A DNA stretch of 59,178 bases, the filler included, from Diploschistes diacapsis (taxonomy: Eukaryota), in NCBI GenBank assembly GCA_023645945.1. It is 9 parts of 9 records of this genome, joined end to end, with 100 filler letters (N's around TTAATTAATTAA, not from the genome) between each part and the next. Parts side by side here need not be neighbours in the genome. Positions count along the whole stretch, not along the records: positions 6,608 to 13,111 come from JALAIB010001382.1; positions 13,212 to 19,708 come from JALAIB010001383.1; positions 19,809 to 26,303 come from JALAIB010001384.1; 6 more parts are not named here. The stretch is one strand, 5' to 3'. This document shows positions 11,525 to 24,409 of this stretch, piece after piece. Every line of letters begins with the position of its first letter. Positions within the stretch are counted from its first letter, which is position 1. A program made the translations under genes and the position numbers. The notes beneath the pieces are model-generated. The model had not been told where the DNA came from. It did no database searches and saw nothing but the letters and a program-made list of their open reading frames with translations.

Positions 11525-13111
11525 TCACGGCGCGGCGGCCGTCTTCTCCACGGACGCCTCCTTCGCCCCAGGCTCCCTCACCAGACAGATCGTTGTCTCG
11601 TCCCCCTCGCCCCCGTACGGCTTCAGATCCGTCGTGACCTCATCCACCTGCACCCAGCCAAACTTCTTATAAAGCCCGTGTCCCTCGGCCGTAGCATCGA
11701 TCCACGTCTTCCATCCGAGCCTGTCCACCTCACGCAGGCCGGCCCTCAACAACGCCCCACCAACCCCGCGCCTCTGCGCCTTCGGATCGACAACCAAAAC
11801 ACACATCAGCGCATACTGCCGGCCCGCCATCGCCCTCTCCCGCCGCCTGTTGAACTCGCCAAAATGCCGGTCGCACAGCTCCGCGTTCGCGCTCGCCGGC
11901 CAGCCGTCGCCGAACGGCCTGTGGGCCACGCCCGGGTTGCGCACCAGGTACCACTTGGCGCAGCCCAGGACGGCGCCCGTCAGCGGATCGACAGCCTTGT
12001 GGTAGACAAGACCGTAGTTGGCGCCGTTCTCGGGCTTGGCCGCGTCCGCGAGCAGCTTCAGCTCCTTGGCCGCGCGCTGCTCGAGCGTCTCCGTCCCTTC
12101 TTTTGCGGCGCCGGTCCCGAAGGCGAGGGCGAAGATCTCCGAGGGGCCGAAGGCGGCGTCGCTGATGCGCTGGAACTCGATGTGGTCGGCCAGACCGTCC
12201 AGGAGCAGGATGTGCGGTGGGATCGAGGGGCTTTGGTCCGGTTGCGGCGCGGGCAGCAGCATGCAGAGGTTCGTGCGCGTTGAGGGGCTTACCTTTGAGA
12301 TGTCGAGGGTGAAGGAGCTCTTTTCTTGGAAGCCGAATTTGCGGTAGAGCGCCGCGCCCTTGGGCGAGGCGGTCACGTAGACGGGCAGGTTCGCGCTGGC
12401 GGCGAAGTCGACGATGGCTTGGACCAGCTTCGTGCCTGCGCCGCGGCGACGGTAGGCGGGCGGTGTCACTAGGGTTTGGAAATCTGGGAGGGGTTATTCG
12501 TTAGACGGGTGCGTCTTAAGTAACAGAGAGGATATTCGAGATGGATGGAGGCTCAACATCGCACTCCTTCGAGCCTGGCCGACGACAACGCTGGTACCAA
12601 AACTACGTTCCACTGCGCCCGAGCAACAAACCCACCACCGTCTAGCCGCGTACGGACAAACTCACAGACATGCGCCTCCCCCCCCATGACCTCCACCCTC
12701 CTCTCCCAGTTCCTCCTCATCGCCTCCAGAAACCACTCCCGATCCCAGTCCGGCGGACAGCTCCACCCGCCAAACTCCCGCCACGCCTCGCCCTCCTTGC
12801 GCGGCTCGACGATCCAGTGCGCCCAGCTGATAGCCCGACCGCCCTGTGTCCCGTCGTCCTGTGCCGCGTCGGCCAGCTTCGAGTTGTCGAGCTTCGACTC
12901 ATCCAGGTCCGGGTCTCGCGCCAGCAGCATGTGCTCGTTGGGGTTCTGGCCCCAGCTCGCAGCCATGGCGGCCGCGGCGGAGGCTTTGCTCGCCTCGGAC
13001 GCTGGCACGGGGTACATGCACGCGGAGACTGGGTCGTCGGAGTAGCCGTCGAACATGAGGTCCATGAGGGTGCGGACGTCGGAGGCGGTCGGTGGGTGGA
13101 GGGTCAGGGGC
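11525..13111 (-). CDS. Tandem two-domain GNAT N-acetyltransferase, 5' end clipped at the contig edge; intron 12484-12665
   Basis: Two acetyl-CoA-binding motif A copies (LVTPPAYRRRGAGTKL and LVVDPKAQRRGVGGALL), each followed by motif B (ASPKGAALYRKFGF and ATAEGHGLYKKFGW). The frame reads PLTLHPPTASDV at the contig edge, so probably only part of the ATG is missing. Confidence 0.85.
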
Positions 13112-13211
13112 NNNNNNNNNNNNNNNNNNNNNNNNNNNNNNNNNNNNNNNNNNNNTTAATTAATTAANNNNNNNNNNNNNNNNNNNNNNNNNNNNNNNNN
13201 NNNNNNNNNNN
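13112..13211. other. Artificial contig spacer
   Basis: 44N-TTAATTAATTAA-44N. Confidence 0.99.
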
Positions 13212-13212
13212 C

Positions 13213-13788
13213 CTCCGCACCCCCCGCCTCCCTGCCAACATGGCCGAATTCGTCGTCCCCCTCAACCTCAACAAGCTCGACCTGAAAGACTACCTCTGGC
13301 ATGCCTACCGCATCCCCGTGCTCGCCGTGCGCTCCTACATCCAGCAGGCGCCCGTGCAAAAGGGCCAGTCGGACGTCGTGCTCCCCCGACACAAATACTG
13401 GCACCGGCCGCGCAGCACGAAGCGCATGATCATCGAGATGGGCGAGGGCGAGCACGGCGGGCCATTCGTGTGGCCGGAGGAGGTCAAAGACTTGGAGCCG
13501 TGGGACAAGGAGACGTACGACAAGGCGGTCGAGGGGCAGGATAGGACGACGGAGAGGCAGATGGGGGGGTTTTATGGGACGCAGCGAAAGATGGATGGTG
13601 GGGATTTGAAGGAGCAGGCGAGGAGGCTGCTAGAGGGGAAGGAGAGGTGGAGGCCGAGTTGGCAGGAGTTGGAGCTCGGACGGGGACAGGGAGTGGGGAG
13701 GATGGTTGAGGTGGAGAAGGATGTGGACTTGGGGATGTCGGGGCCGCAGCAGGCGCAGCACAGGATAGCCGGCGCGGAGAGTGTTTGA
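13213..13788 (+). CDS. MRP20: Mitochondrial ribosomal protein uL23m (Mrp20), 5'-partial
   Basis: LRTPRLPANMAEFVVPLNLNKLDLKDYLWHAYRIPVLAVRSYI...KRMIIEM...PFVWPEE...PWDKE, the fungal mitochondrial L23 signature. Confidence 0.85.
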   Translation, partial: LRTPRLPANMAEFVVPLNLNKLDLKDYLWHAYRIPVLAVRSYIQQAPVQKGQSDVVLPRHKYWHRPRSTKRMIIEMGEGEHGGPFVWPEEVKDLEPWDKETYDKAVEGQDRTTERQMGGFYGTQRKMDGGDLKEQARRLLEGKERWRPSWQELELGRGQGVGRMVEVEKDVDLGMSGPQQAQHRIAGAESV

Positions 13789-16529
13789 GGAACCTGTGGA
13801 GCTACAGTGTCGCAGGTCGCTGGAGGAGGACCTGCAAAGCTTTGTGCGTATCGCACACGTTGGAATACTTAGTGGTCAGAGGACGTACATGTTTCCCATT
13901 AAGTCGCTATTGGGAACGCTGCAATAACATAAAGATGTCTCCAGTCATATTGTATCTGAACCCTTTAGAAGCACAGTGCAAGGCAATATCAGGTTCTTTA
14001 AGGTGAAGCATTCAGCGAAGTAGCACAATTGCAAGGAGCAAGAATAGTATGACACGCACTGTCTAAAACCATGCTTCCCTACTCCGCTATTTCCCCCAAC
14101 CTCTAGGTATTTCCGGCCTGAACCGCGAAAGATGGGATTGATATAGTATACACTGCCAGAGTATCTAAAAGATCCCAATTCTATAGTACACGCAAATAAA
14201 GGTGCATTTCAAGGGAACAACACAGAAACAATACCTTAGTTGATTCCACGATAACCTCAAACATGCGATCGCAAGGACAGAATCGGAGCCAGAGGAAAGG
14301 TTGGTTACGAAACGCTCCAGGCATACGAGAATGTACAAAACATGACAGAGGTGATCCAACTGGTCCAGCCCATATATAACCGAGCTGGAATTGGCAAGCA
14401 ATGATCGGGGTCTCACTTCCAGATCCCCCTGAAGTAAGAGCAAGTCCCTCTTATTGGAATTACCCCCATGGTGCGGAGTGTTGGGTCCTTCGGGTCCCTG
14501 GGAAGGAGGGCGGGGCTGTCCGGAGATGAAGGGAGGTTAGACAGGTTAGCTGCAGACGCTTTCTATTGTCGACCCATCGTATCCTAATGCCTCTACTTCC
14601 GAGAGTCTGTCTCTCACAGACATTCTGCACACTTCGATGGTTCCGTCCAAGTGTGTCGCTTTCAACCATCATATAGACTTCGTCATCTCGCCCCATATAC
14701 GGTGTGGATTGGTGTCCATATATGTTCATGTCCGATGACAGGAGCCTAGGAACATGTTCAGAGTCTGCATGTTTTGATTATCTGTGAATGCTTCTGCTGT
14801 TGAGTAGCCCGTAGATATCTGTGATGATTGCTTGAATTTGCATTCCCTAGTTTGGTAGGTGACTCGGGATGGGCGTCGTAGGGGATGCTAGGAATTGTCG
14901 GTGTGTTCGGTGGGAGTGGAGGAAGCTGTGGACTAGGAGGCATCGGTCGGACACTGGGAGGTAATCTAAGTATTCCACCCGCAACAGCCTTGTCTCCTGA
15001 ATTCTTAACGTCAGGCTCCTTAGCACTAGATTTTCGTATCAAGCTTTGCTGGATTGTCTCGCCGAGTACGAACAGAACTTTCGAAGTCATTATCAAGTCG
15101 TATTCACCGTGCTCTCTATCAAACTCTTTAAGCTCGCTATCATCTAAGTAATATATGTTTCTGTTGTAGTATAGTAGTCCGGAAGGTATCCACAAGCAAA
15201 CGTTATTGTCGTCTCTGCGCGACTTCGAGGCTTTGGCTCCTCTGGCTCTGCCACTGGCACTTTGGGTTAAGAGTTATTACTCTTAGGTCTCGCTCCGGAA
15301 GGTGAAGATTACCCTCTATTCTTCAGGTAAGCGGGTATAATCCCTTCAAAAATAACATCAGCATAACAAGAAATTATGCTTCAAACCATACAACACTTAC
15401 AAGCGCCCCTCAAGTGGTTCTCCTGTTCTTCATCTGATGAGTTTGGACCTGGAACTTCTGGAAAAGGGCTCGACGATGGGACTCCTGGTAGAGGCGCCCA
15501 ATTTGGGGAATCTGGGGAGCATTGTTGAACACCCTTCCAGATAACACATTTCCCAGACTTCTCTGCTGGCTTGTCTCCACGGCTCGGGAGAAGAAGTCCT
15601 TGAAATGAAGGCGTCAACTTTGGGGGCAGGCTGCATAACGAAAGAAGGTAGAGATGGAGACATATGCCATATTGGACGCATAGCCTCTATATAGTAACAA
15701 CAGAAACTATGAATGATACTGCACACACTTGACGCATCACCTCGAAACATAGGCAGAGAAAGATTTGAAAAAGCGATATCATATGTGGTTATGTAGAACA
15801 ATCTCGCTCACAAAACACATAGTTATACCGACTGACATGCTACCTCATCCGATTACGGTGCGACGTTCTATCACAATGAAACGGTTTTTGATGATCAAAG
15901 GAAGCTAGATATACACTTAGCCTTGCGAGACTGTAGAAAAGAACCCAGAGGCCCAGTCCATCTTAATAAGGCAGGACTTGGAGGCATAGATGCTGTATGG
16001 CATATCCCGGCTTCTTTAAATAGCCGTGTCGATGATATTAAGCGTTAGCGCAACCAACGTGAAAAGAATCAAAGAGCCAAAGTATGGCCATGCTATGCCC
16101 CAACATAACTGGCACACTGGTGACTGCTAATTTTCAGCTTCGCTGTAACGATGTCCTGGCTTGTGAGGGCTTATGAGGATGTTCAGGTAGAGTCTGAACT
16201 AGCAGATGCTTTTAATCGACTCATCAACCATGTTGTGAACCGTCGGGTCGAATTCCGATCGATGTCTCAGACACCAGCATATTTAAAAAGCGTTGTTGAT
16301 AACCCGAGCGATTATATATTTCATTTCTGAGTCAACAGCGACCTATGAATCACAAAATTGCTGACTCATTTGATGTCTTTGAAGCCACTCGCTTGGCCAG
16401 CGTCACCGCCCGACCATAAACAATCAATCGGCCATATGTTGTCATTGGACCGGTATCTCCAAGCGAATGGGTAGGTGAATCTCTGAGGCGTCGTGATTCC
16501 CTACTTCAAAGAATGGAGGGAGCATTATG

Positions 16530-17010
16530 TGTATAGCACAGTACCCGAAGTCATTGACAAGGGAGACACGGCCATACTAAAAGCTCCTCCTCGATGCTGG
16601 ATTAGCCCCGGACCACGAGATCGAACTTCGCCAAGTGCGCGTTGATTGTCTTTTAGAGAAAGCGATCACCTCGAATCAGATAGCCCTCGCCGAGCAGCAG
16701 CTGAAGCATGGCACGGACCCGAATCATAGATTATTGGACTCGATCCCAGACACTTTAGTCAGCTTAGCAGCACGTCGTAACCTTCCAGATGCGATCCATT
16801 CATTATTTGGATATGGTGGGCAGATCCAAGATAGCTTTGCGCTATGGTTTGTGGCCGAAGGGGCGCGAGAGAAGCTGCCGCAGTGTTGCTCGATGCAGGA
16901 GCGAACGTGATCACTTGTTCATGAACAGGCCCATGCCGCATCTCGAACTAGTTACTTGAACACGGCGCTCTCACTAACATCAAAGATGGGGGATGGACAG
17001 ACGGGTAGCC
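16530..17010 (+). pseudogene. Frameshifted ankyrin-repeat gene remnant
   Basis: Segments VIDKGDTAILK / LLLDAGLAPD...LKHGTDPN...LAARRN...LFGYGG / AAAVLLDAGANV / LLEHGALTNIKD lie in different frames, with at least three frameshifts and a stop. Confidence 0.7.
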
Positions 17011-17457
17011 GGACTTGAAAATTTTGATAGAGGCTGTATTCATCTAGTAAGGATGGAATCGTGAGCTCGCCACCGGCGCAATCGAGCCCAAGAAGCAATG
17101 CTTGGTACTTTCTGACAGCGCATCCATGTAAGGGGGCTGGCATGGCATGACAAGCTGTCTGTGTTCTGTTCGCGTGCAGATGCGGAAGTAGTAAGCAGTA
17201 GATGTGGCGGGTTTGCCGTTAAATACCTCCGTATTACGGTATCTGGTCATGGACAACCAACCCCTTGAACAGACCCGAAATGGGAATATCCCTCAGTTCC
17301 CTCCTTCCTTTACTCCTCTGCAACAGCTGGGCTTGCTTGATTCTCTTGAGGCTCTGCCTTCCACCTACGGATATGTGCACGATGATAACGAGCTCTACCC
17401 AGAACTAGGGTATCTCCTTCGCTCTTGTTCTTATCTTTGCTATACTGCGAAAGAATC

Positions 17458-19708
17458 ATGCTGAGCATGAAGTTTGACGCATCTTTGGCTGTCTTCTTGC
17501 GGCTCTCCGTCCTTGCACTGTCTGGATCGATAGAAAGCAAAGGCATTGGTGTGCGCGATTCTATTCCGTCTGGCTATGCAGCGAGCCCTTACTATCCGAC
17601 ACCTAAGTAGGTTCAATGTGTACTATGGCAGTTCCTCTATTTTTGTAGCGACTGTTGCCGCTAATAAGTATCCTTAGTGGTGGATGGATCGCCAGCTGGA
17701 ATGCCAGCTATGCCAAAGCCGCAGCTATCGTAGGGGGCATGACCCTGGCCGAAAAAGTCAATTTAACATCTGGGACCGGCTACTTTATGGTACGCAAATG
17801 ACTTCGGCTCTCTGACGGCCTTTGCTTGAGTGACTCTTACAACGTCCAGGGACTGTGTGTTGGGAACACTGGGAGCGCTCTACGCTTCGGAATACCGAGT
17901 CTATGCCTACAGGACTCGGCACTCGGTGTTGCTGACACGGATGGCAACACAGCCTTTCCGGCAGGGGTCACTGTCGGCGCAACGTGGGACAAGGCCTTGA
18001 TGTACCAAAGGGGAGTGGCAATAGGTGCTGAGCATCGTGGTAAGGGGGTAAACGTCCATTTGGGCCCTACTATTGGACCTCTTGGACGCAAGCCTCGAGC
18101 TGGACGCATTTGGGAGTCTTTCGGAGCAGATCCGGTGCTCCAAGCAGCCGGTGCCCTGCAACATATCCAAGGAGTCCAGAGCCAAGGCGTGATTGCAACT
18201 GCGAAACACTTTATCGGAAACGAACAAGAGTCGTCCCGTATGGCGACGCCGATATCGCGCGCTCTTTCAGCCAACATTGACGATCGAACTCTTCATGAGC
18301 TCTACCTATGGCCCTTTGCCGAAGCAGTCAGAGCTGGCGTAGGTGCGGTTATGACGGCTTACAACGAGGTCAATGGCTCCGCATCTCATGCAAACAGCTA
18401 TCTGATCAATAACATTCTGAAGGATGAGCTTGGTTTTCAGGGATTTGTCATGTGTGACTGGCTGTCGCAGGTAGTGCTTTGAGGAGCGATCAAAAGGCAT
18501 GGCTAACTCGTTCCTTCTAGGCGAGTGGTGTAGCAGCTAGTCTGGCGGGGCTGGATGTTGCGATGCCTGGCGATACAATGATACCCCTTCTGGGCACCAG
18601 CTACTGGAACTACGAGCTCTCTACAGCTGTTCTGAATGGAAGTCTACCACTTAGCCGGCTGAACGATCAGGTGACTCGAATCGTCGCTACCTGGTTCCAA
18701 CTCGGTCAGGACCAGAACTACCCCGCTCCAAACTTTTCTTCCTGGACCAACAGCACCGTCGGCCTTCTTTATCCAGGAGCGGTTATATCGCCTGTAGGCG
18801 TAGTCAATCAACATGTGGATGTCCAGGCTGATCATGCTAACGTTTCACGCACGATATCAAGGGACAGCATTACACTCTTGAAGAACGACAACTCCACTCT
18901 CCCGCTTGCCAGGAATAGCTCACTTGCGCTGTTTGGGACCGACCAAGCCAAGAATCCGATCGGCATCAACTCCTGTTCGTCTAGAGCATGCGACGAAGGA
19001 ACCCTTGGCATGGGATGGGGTTCTGGAACAGCAAACTATCCATATTTGGATGACCCGGTAACTGCCATTATGGGTATGGCGAGCAGCACGACGTCCTACA
19101 ACACAGACGTTTTCCCCTTGACCGTCAATCCAACCGACGGCACGACCGCTGTAGTATTTGTTAATGCAGACTCGGGGGAGGGCTCCGAGACTGTCGAGGG
19201 CAACCCAGGTGACCGAACCGTTTCGGGCCTCAACACCTGGCACAGTGGCGATACATTGGTTCAGCAGGCAGCGGAAAAGTACTCCACAGTCATTGTAGTT
19301 GTTCACTCTGTTGGTCCAGTCATTATGGAGAACTGGATAAACTTACCATCTGTAAAGGCAGTACTGCTTGCTCATCTGCCCGGCCAAGAGGCGGGCGCTT
19401 CCCTAACCGATGTGATGTTCGGATCCTACTCTCCGAGCGGACGCCTCCCCTACAGCATCCCAGTAGCAGAGTCCGACTATCCCGCGAGCGTCGGCATCGC
19501 GTCCGCCACTTTCGGGCAAGTCCAGGACACATTCAGCGAAGGGCTCTACATCGACTACCGCTACCTAAACAAGCACTCGATAGCCCCCCGCTTCCCGTTC
19601 GGCCACGGTCTCAGCTACACCTCCTTCACCTACTCCAACGCCTCCATCCGAATCCTAATACCCATCCCCTCCATCCAAGGCCCGCCCCCAACGCGGCCCA
19701 CCAAAGGC
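17458..19708 (+). CDS. Secreted GH3 beta-glucosidase (BglF-like), 3'-partial; introns 17607-17677, 17790-17849, 18471-18520
   Basis: Signal-peptide-like N-terminus, [44 protein letters not shown], nucleophile motif [23 protein letters not shown] and [11 protein letters not shown]. Confidence 0.93.
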
Positions 19709-19808
19709 NNNNNNNNNNNNNNNNNNNNNNNNNNNNNNNNNNNNNNNNNNNNTTAATTAATTAANNNNNNNNNNNNNNNNNNNNNNNNNNNNNNNNNNNN
19801 NNNNNNNN
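19709..19808. other. Artificial contig spacer
   Basis: 44N-TTAATTAATTAA-44N. Confidence 0.99.
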
Positions 19809-20130
19809 AGAAGGTATTAACGCGCGTTAGGCGAATAAAAAAGCATTTTACGAAATAAATAAGTAAAAGAGACAGAAATAAGTTATAAAAAAGAAGTTAA
19901 CAATGCTTTAGGCTATTGAAATATATAAAAATACGAAGATAATCCCGAAAGAAAGGTTAGTTATTTTAGAAAGATTTTTTAGCGTTAGCGTCGTCGACGC
20001 TGGCGATTAGATATAGTTAAATAAATTTATAGGATCAGATATAGCTATTATTCGATCTATAAGATTTTAAATTAATCATTTTTAGAAATATTTTATTTTA
20101 AAATATTTACTATTGTAGTTTTGCTATTGT
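19809..20130. repeat. AT-rich RIP-degraded repeat relic
   Basis: AT-rich and CpA-poor with retained CpG at the contig start. Confidence 0.55.
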
Positions 20131-20442
20131 ATCACGTGTTCGGGTATTAGGGTCACGACGTTAGCGGTACTAAACTGGCGCTTTGCTACGTTGTAAGCTC
20201 ACCTTGAATGCCCACGCTAACCAACAGGGCCCCAGTCGTACTGTATCTAGTTCCTTGGATCAATATCTGCTCTGCGAAACGGCAGCTCGCTGAGTCAACG
20301 TAAATGATGTGGAATAAGTCCAACGCCCAGTTGAGATTGCTCCTTTGATAAACATCAGCAGGCATTTTTGAAGACAAAAAGCACAACTTAAAAAGATCAG
20401 GTTCTTCTGTATTCTAAGCCGGTCATTGGCATCGACCACAAC

Positions 20443-23400
20443 ATGGAGATTTCGAATCCGACAGAATGGCTTGTGCCGAACATTTTGGACCGCTTGGCGG
20501 CGACTACGCCCAATGCACCCTATGCAGAATATCCCAACTCTCCTCTAACCTACGATGATGGATATCGATGCATCACGTACGCAGAGCTGGCAAACGCCGT
20601 CAATTGCTGTGCGAGCTTCCTCCTAGATAAGCTTGGTCCGGGCAAGCACAGCGTGCTTCCATACATAGGTCCGAATGATCTTCGGTATATTGCATTGATC
20701 CTTGGGGCTACCAAGGCTGGCTATACGGTAGATGATATGCTCGAGCTTCTGTTGCACAAACCCCTGATCTTTCTAGCTCTTCAACACATCTCCGAGAAAC
20801 AGCGTTGCCGCCCAGTCTAAGCTACTTGAGCGCCTCAAATGTCAGCATATCCTATCGCCATGCCCACATCCACCACAGATAGACGCCATGGCACAGGCTA
20901 CTGGTCTACCGATTGTCGAGGTGCCCTCGGTAGCGGAGATGCTGGATAGAAAGCACCCCCACGTTCCGTTCAAGCAGTTCGAGGAAAGTGTGCTTGACGA
21001 GCCGTTCTTCGCCATGTGAGAACTCTCTCAGGTCAGCCCACTGATAGCCCCAGACTGATCAACCTAGTCATACATCGGGCTCTACAGGCCTCCCCAAGCC
21101 CCTGATCTGGACTCATAGGACTGCACTAAGGAACATCACCATGTTAGATGCAAAGCCAGTGGACGGCGTCCCGACATTGAATAGCCATTTGGTAAAGAAA
21201 AGAATCTGGTTCTCCTTTCCGCCTTTCCACGTAAGTTTTTTTTTCATTTTCCATGGTTCTGCAGACGTTGTGACGAGTATCATGCCGGTATCGCCCACGT
21301 TCTCGGTTTCCTCTACAATATCCTATGTCTGGGGCCAGCCAAGCCTTAAGATGGGCACAAGAGCATAATCCTTGATTTTCAAAAAACCCCTTTGGCGGTC
21401 AGATGTCGGACTATTACTTACAGATCTTGTAGGGTGCATATCTATTGATCCATCTCTGCATTGCCATCCCCTTCGGTGTTGTCCCCATAGCACCGATATC
21501 TGGCGCTCCACCGTCCGCTGCCGGCGTGGTCGCGGGTTTAAAGCAATGCCCTGCCGATATTGCGGTACTTGTGCCATCGATTGCTTCCGATCTCACCGAG
21601 TCTCCAGAGTTGCTCGATTATTGCGCAGAGAATCTAAACATGATCTGGTACTGCGGAGGTGATCTGCCACCAGCCGTTGGGGATATTATTACCTCCAAGA
21701 TCAGGTTGGCAAATTTATACGGGGCTTCAGAAATGGGCATTATCGCTCAGGTTTGGTCGCCGGATCTTTTCGACCTTTCTGACTGGAAGTATTTGCAGTA
21801 TCACCCGAGCGCTGGATACGAGATGCGGGAGGCTGAGGACGGCACGCATGAGTTCACTATAGTACGTAACGAGAAAAAGATCACGTCGCAATGCTGTTTC
21901 ACCATATTCACTGAAGCGAGCGAGTATGCGAGCCGCGACTTGTTCGTGCCACACCCTACTAAGCAACATTTTTGGAAGTGGGTCGCCAGACGCGATGATA
22001 TTGTGGTCTTCTTGAATGGCGAAAAGACGAACCCCATTAGCATGGAGCAGCACATTATGCAGGACAACCCGAAGGTGAAATACGCTCTCGTGGCGGGAGC
22101 CCAACGTTTCCAGGCTGCACTGATGATAGAGCCGGCTAGTGACCAGGAACTGACAACTTCCCAGAGAGCTGCCTTTATTGAGGATCTGTGGCCAACAATA
22201 GAAGAGGCCAATCGAGAATGCCCTGCCCATGCTCGGATCTCCAAGTCGCATATTATGTTTACGAAGCCATCAAAGCCAATGGCGCGTACTGCAAAAGGGA
22301 CTGTCCAAAGGTTCTCAACCTATACTCTTTACGCAGAAGAGATCGAGTCCCTCTATAGAGACGCAGAATCCATAGATTCTAGGGAAGGCCAATCAAAAGA
22401 CGGCGCAAGACTCGCTACTTTTCAAGAAGAAGGAAGTGCAGAATCTTTCATGCGAGATACTGTCGCAAATATCACAGGGTGGAAGGATTTGGACGACGAA
22501 GGCAACTTCTTTACGCTAGGAATGGATTCCTTGCAGGCAATCACGCTGGCGAGAAAGCTACGTCAAGCCTTTGGCTTATCGTCTATTTCATTGAGTGCCA
22601 TCTATACCAATCCGTCAGTTGATTTACTCAGCAAAGCCATCTTCAAGATATCCAGTACCCACCGTGGTCTCGGTCAAGGTGAACAAGAACAGACTCTAGA
22701 GACGAGGAACAAATTGCGGCTAAAGTACCTTGCCGAGATTGAAACCATGCGCCCGAGTCACAAAAACGTTCCAAGGTCAGATAATGCAGAAACCGTGCTC
22801 TTAACAGGATCTACTGGCGCTCTCGGTTGCCACCTCCTTCAGGTCCTGTCCGAGAATCCAAATGTCTCCCACGTCTATTGTCTCAACCGCGGTGCTGATA
22901 GTGGTGCACGCCAAAAGCAACGCAGCTTCGCTCTCGGCCTCCAGTCCTCTTTTCCGTCCGAGAATGTCACATTTTTGACTACCAACCTTACCGAACCGAA
23001 ATTTGGTCTCACTGCCGAAACCTACGATACCCTCCTCCAACGAGCTACCACAATAATCCACAACGCTTGGCCCGTAAACTTCAACCTGCCCCTTACAGCT
23101 TTCGAGCCGCAGCTCCAGGGTATCGTCAATTTGGTCGGGTTTGCGGCCTCTGCTACGCTCTCCCCGCACCTGTTCTTCCTATCATCCATCAGCAGTGTCC
23201 TTTCAGAACCCTTCAAGAGTATACCCGAGCGAGTTGTTGAGTCCGACACCGCTCCCGCGAACAACGGCTACGCAGAGTCCAAGTACCTTTCAGAGCTGCT
23301 GCTCTCTCATGCCGCTTCACACCATCCAAAGATCCACGCCTCGTTCGCTCGTGTCGGCCAGATCGCCGGTTCCATTGCGTACAAGGGCATGTGGAATAGG

Positions 23401-24030
23401 GCGGAATGGTTCCCCAGCCTTGTGCTCAGCTCCTTGTGCGTGGGCGCCATCCCGAACAATCTAGGTCCGAGCTTAGGTAGAGTGGACTGGGTCCCTGCCG
23501 ACAGACTAGCGGTGGTGCTGACGGAAATGGCTTTTGGCAAGTCCGCTTCTGTCACCGAAAACGTGGGCGTTTACCACCCGCTCAATTCACACCCTGTGTC
23601 CTGGCCGAGCGTGCGCGATGTCATCGTCGACGTATTGGCTGCTAGAACGGGGAAGAGGTTGGAGAGCATAGGGTTGAAAGAGTGGATTGCGCGAGTCAAG
23701 GCGCATGGCAAGAAGACACTGGGAGAGGACGTCAAGCTCGAGGATGGGGAGCTGGAGGGGTATCTGGAGGGGAATCCGGCGCTGAAGTTGCTTGATTTCT
23801 ACGAGGGTATTTTGGCGGGAGCGGATGGTGGAAAGGAGGACGGTGCGCTTGATGGGGTGAATGGGCCCAACGGTGACACTGAGTTCAATGGGGAGGGAGA
23901 TGGTGGGAGGAGCTGGGTGCAGGAGAAGAGTTTGGAGGCCAGCAAGGAGTTGAGGGAGCTGGAGGGCGTGAGGGAGAGTTGGGTGAGGAAGTGGGTCGGA
24001 GAGTGGATCGAGTCGAAGCGGGAGTGTTGA
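20443..24030 (+). CDS. NRPS-like enzyme (adenylation-thiolation-thioester reductase; carboxylic acid reductase type); introns 20728-20776, 21016-21067, 21231-21432
   Basis: A-domain motifs TSPRNS, IHTSGSTGLPKP, FPPFH, YGASE and RRDDIVVFLNGEKTNP. Carrier motif FFTLGMDSL. Reductase motifs VLLTGSTGALG, IIHNAWPVNF, GYAESK and RVGQIAG. Confidence 0.93.
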
Positions 24031-24409
24031 TGGTTTGGACCAGGTGGTGATGAGACGAAGGTGATGAAGACATGGAAAGCTAGAACAAAGACTCGAGGGT
24101 ACAGATAGAGTTGCATTCGATACATGCGTTGGCCTCTATCCAGAATCACGACAAAATGGTCCGACGTCTATTGCTCAGTGACGAGACAATGACTAGATAC
24201 TGCGATTTTAAACACAGGCACTGTAAAGTGATTCGATTTATGATTTTCTGCAGATTATTTAATTATACATAAAATTGCTCGTCCGAATAGGGGAATTTCT
24301 AGTCCTCCTTCCTAGATGGGATCATTACCGGAAACAACGTCATGTCACGTCCCGTCCCTTCACCTTCTACCGCAGGTGTTTTTTAACAGCAATTGCTTAC
24401 CTTAAATTA

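Noticed and set aside
11432..12283. 283-aa plus-strand ORF
   Set aside because: Antisense shadow of the GC-rich GNAT gene with no recognisable motif.
21231..21432. Long introns (also 12484-12665) as snoRNA, riboswitch or stwintron hosts
   Set aside because: I found no paired C/D or H/ACA boxes, TPP aptamer core or nested donor pattern.
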